Assembly (NCBI GenBank): GCA_963706325.1 | Contig: CAVPLT010000007.1 | Coordinates: 640,001-704,000 of the forward strand | Length of the DNA stretch: 64,000 nt | Source: an uncultured Nitrospiraceae bacterium | Lineage (GTDB): Bacteria; Nitrospirota; Nitrospiria; Nitrospirales; Nitrospiraceae | Direction: 5' to 3' | In this document: positions 49,241-59,459 of the stretch, in pieces | Numbering within the stretch: position 1 is the first letter of the stretch | Layout: each line of letters begins with the position of its first letter | Notes under the pieces: generated by a model | The model's database searches: none | Told to the model about the DNA's origin: nothing | What the model saw: only the letters and a program-made list of their open reading frames with translations | Made by a program: the position numbers and the translations under genes

Positions 49241-49442
49241 ACATTCAAACTCCTCGGGATTCGTGGCGGGAGGCACGGGGCTCTCCAACGACCAGATCCG
49301 TGGTAGTGGTGATCAATAGTTGCCTACGTTGCGCATGTTACACGAGAACGTTCCCTAGAATTACCCCGGCATGTCACTAGAGATCGGTTGCACGGGTGAA
49401 GGTGGAATGCAGTTCACGCATGCTCATCGCAAGGCACCATGG

Positions 49443-52400
49443 TCAGTGATGGGATGACGCCTCGCCTAGGGTCGGTCTGTCCGGTCGATCGAGCCATCGG
49501 TATAGCACCGGCAAAACGATCAGAGTAAGGAGGGTAGAACTAACGAGCCCACCGATGACAACGACGGCGAGGGGACGTTGAACTTCCGAGCCGATTCCAT
49601 GGGCGAACGCCAGCGGCATCAAACCGAGGAGGGCCACCAAAGCAGTCATGAGCACCGGTCTGAGTCGAAGTGTGCAACCTTTGATGATGGCCTCGTCGCA
49701 CTGAAGTCCGTCTTCACGCAGCTTGTTGAAGTAGGAAACCAGCACAATACCGTTGAGCACGGCCACACCGAACAAATTGATGAAGCCCACGGAAGCCGGC
49801 ACGCTGAGATATTCTCCTGTCAACCAAAGGGCGACGATTCCACCGATCATCGCGAAGGGCAGGTTCATAATGATCAGCGCCGCATGGCGGACGGAATTGA
49901 AGGACGCAAACAACAGGATGAATATCAACCCGATCGTGATCGGTAGGATGATTTTCAGGCGTGCCATCGCTCGCTGCATGTTTTCGAAGGACCCTCCCCA
50001 AACAAAATGATAGCCGGCCGGCAGATGGATCTGCTTCGCAATTTTGTCCTGAGCTTCTGCGACCACGCTTTCGATGTCTCGACCAAGGGTGTTGAACCCG
50101 ACATAGATACGGCGTTGCAGTCCCTCGCGGCTGATCAGGGATGGGCCCTCACGGAGCTCGACCGTGGCGAGATCGCCAAGTGGAATGAGGGCGCCGGTGG
50201 GTGTCGTCAGTAAGATGTTTTTGATTGTGTCGACGCTATTTCTGTATTTTTCAGGATAACGGAACGTGAGATCGAACCGCATGTTTCCTTCGTAGACGCG
50301 GGTTGCCGCTTCCTGTCCGATTGCAGTCGTAATAATTTCCTGTATATGAGCCACGTTGATTCCGTATCGCGAGATTTTGCTGCGATCGATGTCGATGGTC
50401 AGGTAGGTCTGGCCGAAGAGTTGTTCGACACGCACATCGCCCACGCCTCTGACCGTGGCCATGATCGCTTGAATCTTTTCCGCCGTAGTTCTCAACACCG
50501 CCAAATCGTCCCCTAGGATTTTAATGGTCGCTTCGGACCGAACCCCGGACAGCAGTTCGTCCACCCGTTGTTGGATCGGCTGGCTCAGGAGGAAATTTGC
50601 GCCTGGGACTTTTTCAATACGTTTGCGGATGGCATCGTCCAGTGCCGATTTGGTTTTGGCGGTGGTCCATTCGTCCATTGGACGGAGACTGACGACGGGA
50701 TCGCTCGCGTTCGGCTCCTGAGGATCGTTGCCCATCTCCGAACGTCCTATTTTGGAAACGACCATCCGCACTTCGGGAAACTCCAGCACCGCGCGCTGCA
50801 TTTCCTTTTCAATCTCGATCGATTTGTCCAGCGCAATGCTTGGATAGCGAATGGTTTGGGGCGAAATCGCTCCTTCATTCAGGATCGGGATAAACTCTCC
50901 TCCCAGAAATGGAAAGAGCGACAAGCTGGCTCCCAGCAGTCCAAGCGCGATGGCCAGCACCATGATGCGATGGCCCATCGCCCAGTGCAACGTCGGCAGA
51001 TAGAACCGTTTGGCCCAGCGTAGCAGGAAGGTGTCCTCTTCGGTTCCGCGCTTCAGCGCCAACGCGCAGAGCACGGGAGATAATGTCAGTGACAGCACCA
51101 GCGACACGACGAGCGCGATGATGATCGTATTGGCCAGTGGCTGAAACATTTTTCCTTCCATGCCCTGCAGCGTCAAAATTGGAAGGAAGACGAGGATAAT
51201 GATCAGGATGCCGAAGATTACCGGTTGTCCGACTTCCGTGACGGCATGCAGGATGACCTGGGTCTTGTCAAAGCGGTCGTCTCGTTGTTCGGCCAGATGA
51301 CGATACACATTCTCCACCACCACGACCGAGCCATCGACCATCATACCGATGGCGATGACGAGTCCGCCGAGCGACATGAGATTGGCGGTCAAGCCGACTT
51401 GATCCATCACGATGAAGGTGACCAACGGCGTGACGATCAGGGTGGCGGTCACGATGAGGGCGCTGCGGACGTTGCCGAGGAATAGGAAGAGGATGACGAC
51501 TACCAGCACAACGCCTTCCAGCAGCGCTTTATAAACGGTATCAAGCGCTGCCGTAATTAGTTCGATCCGGTCATAAAATGGGATGATGCGCAATCCGCCA
51601 GGCAGGAGGCGTTTTTCGTGAATCTCGTCGACTTTGTCTTTGATGGATTGCACCACTACACGGGCATTTCCTCCGCGCAACATCAGCACGATGCCGGTGA
51701 TCACTTCATGTTTGCCGTTCACCACGGCAGCGCCATGCCGAACGGCATGTCCGATCCGGACCTCCGCGACATCCCGAACGTACACCGGCGTGCCGCCTAC
51801 TTGTTTCACGACGATGTGTTCAATATCTTCTAACGTCTTGATTAAGCCCACGCCGCGAATCACGTACTTTTCGTCATCCTTCTCAAGGATATTGCCGCCG
51901 GCATTGGCATTATTCTGGGCGACGGCGCCGAAGACATCGTGGAGGGCCAGGCCATATTTCCGCAACAAGTCCGGCTCGACCAGCACCTGGTACTGCTTGA
52001 CAAAGCCGCCCAGCGAATTGACATCCACGACGTCTGGCAGTCCCTTGAGCAGCGGCCGGATCACCCAGTCCTCGAGAGTTCGCCGTTCCCTCAGGTCCGT
52101 ATCGGTCATCACAAAGTCTTGGTCGTTGTCGTGGGGCCCCTCCAAATAGAACTGATAGACTTCTCCCAATCCGGTCGTGTTGGGCACCAATTGCGATACT
52201 GATCCGGGCGGCAACAGCTCTTGGACTTCAAGCACACGTTCGAGCACGACTTGCCGAGCCAGATAGATATCGATATCGTCTTTGAAGACGACGGTGATCA
52301 TCGACAGGCCAACTTTTGAGAATGAGCGGATGTCCGTCAGCCCGGGCGCGCCCATCAGCTGCAGCTCCATGGGGAACGTCACGAAACGCTCGACCTCTGC

Positions 52401-52574
52401 CGGGGACATCCCGGGAACTTTGGTGACGACCTGGACGAGCACCGTGGTGACGTCCGGGAAGGCGTCGATGGCGATCGTTTGGAAGGCATAGATCCCGCCG
52501 ACCACGAGGATGCACGCTATGACGACGACTAAGACCCGTTGGCGGAGAGCAAAAGCCAGAAAAGAGGACAACAT
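49443..52574 (-). CDS. Heavy-metal efflux RND permease (CzcA/CusA family)
   Basis: IDAFPDVT, GLGEVYQF, TM4 LGGLVIAIGMMVDGSVVVVEN, RLRPVLMT and QRPLAVVVIGG. Confidence 0.93.
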   Translation of the reverse strand: MLSSFLAFALRQRVLVVVIACILVVGGIYAFQTIAIDAFPDVTTVLVQVVTKVPGMSPAEVERFVTFPMELQLMGAPGLTDIRSFSKVGLSMITVVFKDDIDIYLARQVVLERVLEVQELLPPGSVSQLVPNTTGLGEVYQFYLEGPHDNDQDFVMTDTDLRERRTLEDWVIRPLLKGLPDVVDVNSLGGFVKQYQVLVEPDLLRKYGLALHDVFGAVAQNNANAGGNILEKDDEKYVIRGVGLIKTLEDIEHIVVKQVGGTPVYVRDVAEVRIGHAVRHGAAVVNGKHEVITGIVLMLRGGNARVVVQSIKDKVDEIHEKRLLPGGLRIIPFYDRIELITAALDTVYKALLEGVVLVVVILFLFLGNVRSALIVTATLIVTPLVTFIVMDQVGLTANLMSLGGLVIAIGMMVDGSVVVVENVYRHLAEQRDDRFDKTQVILHAVTEVGQPVIFGILIIILVFLPILTLQGMEGKMFQPLANTIIIALVVSLVLSLTLSPVLCALALKRGTEEDTFLLRWAKRFYLPTLHWAMGHRIMVLAIALGLLGASLSLFPFLGGEFIPILNEGAISPQTIRYPSIALDKSIEIEKEMQRAVLEFPEVRMVVSKIGRSEMGNDPQEPNASDPVVSLRPMDEWTTAKTKSALDDAIRKRIEKVPGANFLLSQPIQQRVDELLSGVRSEATIKILGDDLAVLRTTAEKIQAIMATVRGVGDVRVEQLFGQTYLTIDIDRSKISRYGINVAHIQEIITTAIGQEAATRVYEGNMRFDLTFRYPEKYRNSVDTIKNILLTTPTGALIPLGDLATVELREGPSLISREGLQRRIYVGFNTLGRDIESVVAEAQDKIAKQIHLPAGYHFVWGGSFENMQRAMARLKIILPITIGLIFILLFASFNSVRHAALIIMNLPFAMIGGIVALWLTGEYLSVPASVGFINLFGVAVLNGIVLVSYFNKLREDGLQCDEAIIKGCTLRLRPVLMTALVALLGLMPLAFAHGIGSEVQRPLAVVVIGGLVSSTLLTLIVLPVLYRWLDRPDRPTLGEASSHH

Positions 52575-52578
52575 CAGG

Positions 52579-53811
52579 CTAGATCTGTTCCCGAAGCAGT
52601 TCGGATTTCAGCACAAAAGATCCCTTCGTCACAATCGATTCTCCTTCTAACAATCCATCGAGCACCTTGATATCTCGGCCATTGGAGTTCCCCAATTTGA
52701 CATCGCGGACTTCAAACACGGCCCCGTCGCGTTGGACAAAGACAAAGTGACGGTCGCGGTCGCGTTGCACGGCGCCTTCGGGAATGAGCAGCACATTCGG
52801 TTCCGGTTCGGAATAGACCCGGACCGAGGCATACATCGCGGGTTTGAGTTTGCGCTCGGGATTCGGTAGTTCCAGCCGTAAACGCATGGTGCGGGTCGCG
52901 GGATCCAACACGTCGCCGACGTAGGTAATGCGTCCTTGAAAGGTCTGGTCAGGGTAGGCGGCGACATGCACCTCCACCGACTGACCTGTCCCCGTCAGAT
53001 CCGGACGAATGTAGGGGATATCTTTTTCAGGAATGACGGCCGTCACCCATACGTCAGAGAGATCGGCAACCACGAAGAGTTTTTCCGTGGTCTCCACGAC
53101 TTCACCCTTGGTCAAGTTACGGGCGATCACCCGACCGTCGAAGGGAGCCAGGACCGGAACGTGGGAGCGAATGGTGTGATTGCGGTCCAGGTTTCGGAGG
53201 TCTTCATCTGTGAGGCCCAGAAGGAGCAGTCGATCTCTCGCTTCCTGTCTTTCGGCACGGAGGCTGAGCATTTCCCCTTCGCGTCGTTGTGATTCAGCTA
53301 ACCCAATGACCTTTTCTTTCAAAAGCAGCTCTGCTCGACGAAAAGCCCGGTCGGCAACGTTGAGTTTGGCCGTGGCCTTGAGGTAAGCCGACTGAGCCAT
53401 TCCCAGTTCGCTGCTATACAGGAGAGCCAGAAGTGCGCCTGATTTCACTTCCCTGCCGAGGTCGGCATACACGTCGATCACTCGACCGCGAACCAGCGTG
53501 GTGATTTCCGCCAGGGCATGTTCATTCGGTTCCACAGTGCCCGGAAAATCACGGGTGGTCCGAAATTCTGCGCGCGCGACCGGTTGCACGACGATTCCGG
53601 CCGTCTTGACTTCCTCAATCGTCAAGCGGACGAGGCTGCTGTCAGAAGATGGGGCAGGCGGGTTAGCTCCCGTGGCATTGGGGGGCGGCCCCTCGCAACC
53701 AAGCGCGGCCTGTAAGACAAGTACGCCGAGAAGAATTCGTGCAGAGGATATCCAAGGAGATCTGGGACGCAGTGCAATTGCTTGTAAAAAAATGGATCCA
53801 GTGAGGGACAT
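52579..53811 (-). CDS. RND membrane fusion protein (CzcB-like, lipoprotein-type N-terminus)
   Basis: LGC lipobox-like motif, APFDGRVI, ADLSDVWV, DPATRT and LKPAMYA. Confidence 0.9.
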   Translation of the reverse strand: MSLTGSIFLQAIALRPRSPWISSARILLGVLVLQAALGCEGPPPNATGANPPAPSSDSSLVRLTIEEVKTAGIVVQPVARAEFRTTRDFPGTVEPNEHALAEITTLVRGRVIDVYADLGREVKSGALLALLYSSELGMAQSAYLKATAKLNVADRAFRRAELLLKEKVIGLAESQRREGEMLSLRAERQEARDRLLLLGLTDEDLRNLDRNHTIRSHVPVLAPFDGRVIARNLTKGEVVETTEKLFVVADLSDVWVTAVIPEKDIPYIRPDLTGTGQSVEVHVAAYPDQTFQGRITYVGDVLDPATRTMRLRLELPNPERKLKPAMYASVRVYSEPEPNVLLIPEGAVQRDRDRHFVFVQRDGAVFEVRDVKLGNSNGRDIKVLDGLLEGESIVTKGSFVLKSELLREQI

Positions 53812-55190
53812 TACAAAGCGCCTCCCACGGCGCGTTCCAAGAGCGCCAATGACAGCGAGAGATCGAACTGGGCTTGAGCATAGTCTAACAGAATTTGACG
53901 CTGTACACGTTGCGCGTCGAGGACCTCGATGAGGCTGGAGGCGCCTTGCTGGAAACTGAACTTCGCAATCCGCAGCGCCTCATCAGCCTGTTTCAGCAGC
54001 CCTTTTTCATATACGTCGATCATATCCGCGGTGGTTTTGGCATCCTGGAAATGTTGGCTGACGTTTCGGATCAATTCATTGCGCGCACGGAGATATTCTG
54101 CCTCGCCCTTCCGTTTGCTCCCGAAGGCCGATATGATCTCTCCCTGCCGCCTATCCCACACAGGAGTTGGGAACGAAACCCCACCGGTAAACGCTTCTCG
54201 ACCGATTTCTCGCCAGTAGCTGCCTCCGATGGTAATGTTCGGAACCCGGGCTTGACGTTCGAATTCCAAGCTCTGGTGGGCTTGCTCGACGAATTTGGTT
54301 AAACGCAGGATAGTCGGATGCTGGGTGAGCGCGCGTTCAGTCAAAATGTCGATGCCGAAGCCGGGGCCCACGCGATGTAGTTGACCATCGATGGCATAGG
54401 TAGGGCCGAGCGAGCCGGCCGTCAAGGTATCAAGCATCACGCGATTCACGCGCACTCGATTGGCTGCTCTGGTCACCGATTGGTTGGCCTTGAGCACTTC
54501 CACCCCCGATCGAATGGCTTCAAATTGCGGACTTTCTCCCAGGCGCACCCTGGTCCGCACGGCCTTGTCCACGTCTTCTACCGTGGCCAGATTTTGTTCC
54601 GCGAGGAGCAGCGCGCGCTGCGCGAGGAGCAAGTCGTAGAACGCGACCTTGACGTCGGCGACCAAATTCAAACGCGTTTCGGCCAGTCCGGCTGAAGCGC
54701 TCGCCACACCGGCTTCTGTCGCGCGTTGGCGAGCCGCGCGTTTCGACGGCCACTCGATTGGCTGTCCGACGGTCAAGTTGAACTCGGTGACTGATTCTCG
54801 CACCCCCGGATCGAAGGTTCCCAGATCCCGCATATTGCCCCGGCCACTGTTGGCGCTGATCGAGGGATTAAGATAGGTATTGGCGGCGACCTGTTGGCCA
54901 CGGTTCTGCTCGATGGTCCCTTCCGCGCTGGCGACCGTGGGATTGTGTGTCAATGCAAGATCCAGCACGGTCTCCAATGAAAAAGTAGATTCGTGTGCGG
55001 GAGCACCCGTGGGTGAAGGGGAGGCAGCCAATCCTAATGCGGGGCTTGAGAGCGCGGCACCGATTATCGCACCTAAGGCGACGGCTGTGAGACGAGGGAG
55101 GACGCGTCGCTGACCATAGTGGGCACCGTAGCGGGACTCGTGCCGCATATGCGGACATACAGTGACTCGTAGTCGGCTTGCGTGTGTCAT
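53811..55190 (-). CDS. TolC/CzcC-family outer membrane efflux protein (start uncertain)
   Basis: ALTHNP, Y.NP..S, QPIEW..KR.AR and FQQGASSLIEVLDAQR. First gene of the CBA operon. Confidence 0.88.
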   Translation of the reverse strand: MTHASRLRVTVCPHMRHESRYGAHYGQRRVLPRLTAVALGAIIGAALSSPALGLAASPSPTGAPAHESTFSLETVLDLALTHNPTVASAEGTIEQNRGQQVAANTYLNPSISANSGRGNMRDLGTFDPGVRESVTEFNLTVGQPIEWPSKRAARQRATEAGVASASAGLAETRLNLVADVKVAFYDLLLAQRALLLAEQNLATVEDVDKAVRTRVRLGESPQFEAIRSGVEVLKANQSVTRAANRVRVNRVMLDTLTAGSLGPTYAIDGQLHRVGPGFGIDILTERALTQHPTILRLTKFVEQAHQSLEFERQARVPNITIGGSYWREIGREAFTGGVSFPTPVWDRRQGEIISAFGSKRKGEAEYLRARNELIRNVSQHFQDAKTTADMIDVYEKGLLKQADEALRIAKFSFQQGASSLIEVLDAQRVQRQILLDYAQAQFDLSLSLALLERAVGGAL

Positions 55191-55795
55191 CGCTGGATCT
55201 CTCCCATCCATCACATCGTTGATCAACTCCGTAGGGTCTAACCAAGGTAACAGCTTCGAGGGATCAAGTCGACCAAGGGGCATGACGGCATCTTTTCAGG
55301 GTGAACATGGTGATGGAAGCCGGGTCAGCGGCGGCACTCATCGCAGAGCGTGTGTGGTACAGGAGAGGGCTCCCGATGACCCGCGGTGAAACGAGTTCAA
55401 CACTGTGCAACTGAGTGGCGCTGGTACGCAGAAAGTTTATGTCATGTCAATCGCCTGAGGCGCCCTTTGCCACGCACAGATTCCTGTTAGTTGAGGAGTG
55501 GAGATTGAGTCAAGGTGCGCAGTTGCCGGACTCACCAACAACCGATCAGCGCGGTGAAGGGGTATGCGTGGTGACTGTACCTGCGGGGACGAGTCATGCG
55601 AGATTGGGCGAACAGTCGATCGACAATGGTCCCGCACAGCTCGCCACGCCGGCCTGGAAGACGGACCAGATTTGTGTTGGCATGTAGTTCGTCAAGGCTC
55701 TCTGGCCCCCTGAGTTTTCGGCGTCGAACGTATTCCATTGCCTTGCCTCGTTAATGTGTCGATGGAGCGGTAAATCTCGGTTGAGACTTCGCTCG

Positions 55796-56005
55796 TCAGG
55801 TCTCGTACATATTCTGTTGTGTCAGCTGACAGTAAAATTGATTGCACTGAGGACAGTATCCCTCCGAGACAGTGAGATCCTGCGGCTGCGCCTCGTGTTT
55901 TTGTAAGAATGTCGCCAGCTCGCCCCATTGGGTTACGGCGCGCGCGTCGGCCCCATCTTCCCGAACACGCCAGCAAAACTGGCATTGTGTGGCAGCGGAG
56001 TCCAT
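55796..56005 (-). CDS. Small Cys-rich protein (CxxC...W...SxGYCPxC)
   Basis: 69 aa with CQFCWRVR...QW...SEGYCPQC. GGGGGA RBS upstream. Confidence 0.65.
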   Translation of the reverse strand: MDSAATQCQFCWRVREDGADARAVTQWGELATFLQKHEAQPQDLTVSEGYCPQCNQFYCQLTQQNMYET

Positions 56006-56209
56006 GGTCTAGTCCCCCAGGGTTTCTGACACAGTCATCATGTGTTGATGCCTTGCTCAGCCACGCGGAGACGCCTGCGAAAAATGAAACCATATCGAAT
56101 TCACAAGGCGGCTGACAACTAGGCAGTATCCTAGGTTCGAGTGAAAATGTTGCGGGGCGACAGTGGGAACAGGAGATTCCGGGAGTCTCAACAGCTGGGG
56201 CTGTAAATG

Positions 56210-56851
56210 CTAGGCCGAGGTCAGTCCGTGTGCAAGTGCGTATTTGGTTAATTCTGCCGTGGTATGCAGGTCAAGATGGAACATGATCTGCGCTTTGTGA
56301 AACTCCACAGTTTTGGGAGAGATATTGAGCAGCGCGCCGATTTCCTTGATCGTCCGCCCCTCCGCGACCAGCTGCAGCACCTCTCGCTGGCGCGGTGTCA
56401 ATTCCTGCCGTTTAGCGAAGAGTGTGGCATGATCCTCTGACAGTGAGGTGACGAGTTCCCGCGTCAAGAGAGCGGTCACGAAGTATTGTCCCTTCAGCAC
56501 AGAATCGATTGCCTGGTCCAATTCTCGAGCCGCGGACCGCTTGAGCAGATAGGCCGATGCGCCCGCTTTGAACGCTTCGGTCACATAGGCGGGATCTGCA
56601 TGCATGGTAACAAACACAAGTTTCACATCGGGCAGCGTTTTTTTGAGCTGCCGCGCCGCGTCGATACCGTTCAGCAATGGCATTGAAATATCCAAGAGGA
56701 TCAAATCCGGCCGTAGCCGTATTGCCGATTCCAGCAGGGCGCGACCGTCTTCGACAGTCCCCACAACCTGGCAGCGTTGCTCCACAATGCGTCGAAACCC
56801 TTCCAGCACGAGAGTATGGTCGTCGGCCAACAAGACACGAGGTACGGTCAT
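56210..56851 (-). CDS. NarL/LuxR-family response regulator
   Basis: LADDH...LDISMP...AYLLK and LTPRQREVLQLVAEG...ISPKTVEFHK. Confidence 0.94.
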   Translation of the reverse strand: MTVPRVLLADDHTLVLEGFRRIVEQRCQVVGTVEDGRALLESAIRLRPDLILLDISMPLLNGIDAARQLKKTLPDVKLVFVTMHADPAYVTEAFKAGASAYLLKRSAARELDQAIDSVLKGQYFVTALLTRELVTSLSEDHATLFAKRQELTPRQREVLQLVAEGRTIKEIGALLNISPKTVEFHKAQIMFHLDLHTTAELTKYALAHGLTSA

Positions 56852-57990
56852 ACGAGCACCTCCGCGTGGGGCACGCTGACGTGCAAGCGTGTCCCCTGCA
56901 GCGGGATGGAGTCTATAGTGAACGTGCCTTGGACGAGCCGCACACGCTCCGTCATACTGACCAGTCCGAGGCCGCGACGTCCCTCCATCACGCTCTGCGT
57001 GTCAAAACCAATTCCGTCATCCTCTACTTGGAGTGTCACTGTTTCGGCAGTGGAGGACAGCGACACCACCACGCGCGTGGCCCGCGCATGTTTCATCACA
57101 TTGGCGAGGCATTCTTGTGCAATGCGATAGAGGACCGTGGATATCTTTTGGGGTAGACGTTTAGGCGCCGGGTGGAATTCAAACTTGCCCTGAAGGTTCG
57201 AACGGGTGGCGCAATCATCCACCAGACGCTGCAGGGCGACCGTCAACCCAAGGTCGTCAAGAATCGAGGGATGGAATTGATAGGCCAAATGGCGAACATC
57301 ATCGGAGAGCTCGGTCAGGCGGTCTTGGATCGAGCGCAACTCCTTGCTACAGGTGTGCGCGGAGGAGGGCAGAGTGCTGTCCAAGGATTCAACTTGGACG
57401 ACCAGCATGGCCAGTCGTTGGTTGATGTCATCGTGGAGGTCCCTGGAAATGCGTCGACGCTCTTCTTCCTGAGCCGTCAGTAGCCTGGCGGCCAGATCTT
57501 GCAATTCCTGTCCGCTCGTGGCGAGCGCGTGTTCACTCGCGCGGAGAGACTGTTCCGTCTCGACGTGCTCGGAGATTTCGTTCAACAGCGTTCGGTTCAC
57601 ATCCGCGAGTTCCTTGGTGCGAGCGGCGACCCGATCTTCTAGTTGGTTTTTGGCCTGCCGCAGGTGGGTCTCCACCTGGTGCCGTTGTCGTAGGAGCATA
57701 GCAGAGATCCAGAGGATGATCAGTCCGAGAATACAATTCGTCACGCCAACCCACAGTGGAATGCTACCCAAGCGAGGGCCCAGCGCGGCTCCCCCAATAA
57801 GCAGTATCGTCGCACAGGTTGCGGTGAGCAAGGGGAGCTGGGGTTTGGACGATGACGACGCCAGAAGGACGACCCCTGAATAGAGGACGCCAATGGCCAC
57901 GCCGAGCGGCATGGACAGATCGAGGGCAAACAGTCCGCCGCTCAATCCCACTACGGCCGGCACAACCCACCTGTTACGATGATCCGACAT
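56848..57990 (-). CDS. HisKA_3 (NarX/UhpB-type) sensor histidine kinase with N-terminal TM sensor
   Basis: QEEERRRISRDLHDD, YRIAQECLANVMKHA, EDDGIGF and GLGL..M.ER. Confidence 0.93.
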   Translation of the reverse strand: MSDHRNRWVVPAVVGLSGGLFALDLSMPLGVAIGVLYSGVVLLASSSSKPQLPLLTATCATILLIGGAALGPRLGSIPLWVGVTNCILGLIILWISAMLLRQRHQVETHLRQAKNQLEDRVAARTKELADVNRTLLNEISEHVETEQSLRASEHALATSGQELQDLAARLLTAQEEERRRISRDLHDDINQRLAMLVVQVESLDSTLPSSAHTCSKELRSIQDRLTELSDDVRHLAYQFHPSILDDLGLTVALQRLVDDCATRSNLQGKFEFHPAPKRLPQKISTVLYRIAQECLANVMKHARATRVVVSLSSTAETVTLQVEDDGIGFDTQSVMEGRRGLGLVSMTERVRLVQGTFTIDSIPLQGTRLHVSVPHAEVLV

Positions 57991-58067
57991 GAGGCACCTG
58001 ATCCTTAATTATCCCAGCCTGAGGGAGGCGATACAAGACGAGAGGTGAATGGGTGCCGGAGCCGCAA

Positions 58068-59459
58068 CTATTCGTGCTCCATTTGCTTCTTGAGGCGACG
58101 GTCCAACGCAAATCGCGTCAAGCCGAGATGTTTGGCAGCCAATGTCTTGTTGTGGTCCGAGAGGCGTACGACTTCCTCAATGAGCGCGGATTCGACATCC
58201 GCCAGCGTTTGCTGACCAAGGACCATCTCGATGCGTAGCGAGGGATGGTCGCCGCGAGCCGTCGCGACTGCAATCTGCGGCGCCTGGTCGCGAAGCTCCC
58301 GCGGCAAGCAGCCCGCGGTCAAGGTCTTGTCATGACAGAGTATCATGGCGCGTTCGATGATGTTTTGGAGTTCGCGGATATTCCCGGGATAGCTGTACCG
58401 TTGGAGCAACTCCTGCGCCTCGGGCTCGATATCGACGACATCCTTTCCAAACTCTTTTCCGAACCGCAGCATGGCTTGCATCGAAAGCGGAAGCACATCT
58501 TCCGTGCGCACGCGGAGCGGTGGAAGTTCGAAGGTGACCACGTTCAGGCGAAAATAGAGATCCTCGCGGAACGTGCCTCGGAGTGATTCCTTTTTGAGGT
58601 CCCGGTTGGTGGCGGTCATCAAGCGGAAGTCGACCGAGAGGTCCTCCATGCCACCCAATCGTCGAAATGTCCGTTCTTGCAATACCCGGAGCAGCTTGGC
58701 TTGCATCGCTGGATCCAGATCGCCGATTTCATCGAGAAATAAGGTTCCTCCTTCTGCCTTTTCCAACAGTCCTCGCTTGCGCTGGTGAGCGCCGGTAAAG
58801 GCGCCTCGCTCGAACCCGAACAGCTCGCTCTCGAACAGCTCCTTAGGAATAGCTGTGCAATTAACCGCGACGAATGGGCCTGTGGCGCGTGGGCTGTTGC
58901 AATGGATGACTCGCGCCAGGAACTCTTTTCCCGTGCCGGTCTCGCCCTGCAGCAGGACCGTCGATTTGGCGTTCTGCGCCACATCGCGCACTTGGCCCAG
59001 CAACAGTTGCATCGTGGGACTGCGCGCGTCGATGTTGGAGAAAGCGTAGGCGCTGTTTTGGTCTTCCAGTGAAAACTCAACTCGCTGGCGAAGTGCGAGA
59101 AACTCCAGGGCGCGGTCGACGACGGGGTCAACGCTGGATAGATCCACTGATTTGATTAAAAAGTCATAGGCGCCCAGCCGCATCGCCTCCACGGCATTTT
59201 CCACCGTGCCATAAGCGGTCAGCATGATGATCAACGTGTGAGGGGCGATCGGACGGATTTGGCGGAGCGCTTCCAGTCCTCCCATGCCCGGCATTTTAAG
59301 ATCCAGCAGAATCAGGTCGGGGACGTGCTGCGTGACCGCTCTGAGCAAATCCTCACCGGACTCGAAGCCCGTGACCGCGTGTTGTCGCCGCGAAAGACGC
59401 TTGACGATGGCGGTGCGAATAGCTGGTTCATCATCCGTGACGTAAATCGTGGCCCGCAT
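58068..59459 (-). CDS. sigma54-dependent response regulator (NtrC/AtoC family)
   Basis: TDDE...LDLKMP, GETGTGKE, GAFTGA, FREDLYFRL, YPGNIRELQN and Fis HTH. Confidence 0.94.
   Translation of the reverse strand: MRATIYVTDDEPAIRTAIVKRLSRRQHAVTGFESGEDLLRAVTQHVPDLILLDLKMPGMGGLEALRQIRPIAPHTLIIMLTAYGTVENAVEAMRLGAYDFLIKSVDLSSVDPVVDRALEFLALRQRVEFSLEDQNSAYAFSNIDARSPTMQLLLGQVRDVAQNAKSTVLLQGETGTGKEFLARVIHCNSPRATGPFVAVNCTAIPKELFESELFGFERGAFTGAHQRKRGLLEKAEGGTLFLDEIGDLDPAMQAKLLRVLQERTFRRLGGMEDLSVDFRLMTATNRDLKKESLRGTFREDLYFRLNVVTFELPPLRVRTEDVLPLSMQAMLRFGKEFGKDVVDIEPEAQELLQRYSYPGNIRELQNIIERAMILCHDKTLTAGCLPRELRDQAPQIAVATARGDHPSLRIEMVLGQQTLADVESALIEEVVRLSDHNKTLAAKHLGLTRFALDRRLKKQMEHE

Noticed and set aside
49241..49330. 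Guanidine-II (mini-ykkC) riboswitch
   Set aside because: ACGG and ACGA occur but are not closed by the required twin GC-rich hairpins.
55692..56093. 133-aa - strand ORF
   Set aside because: Overlaps the 69-aa Cys-motif ORF in another frame and has no recognisable features.
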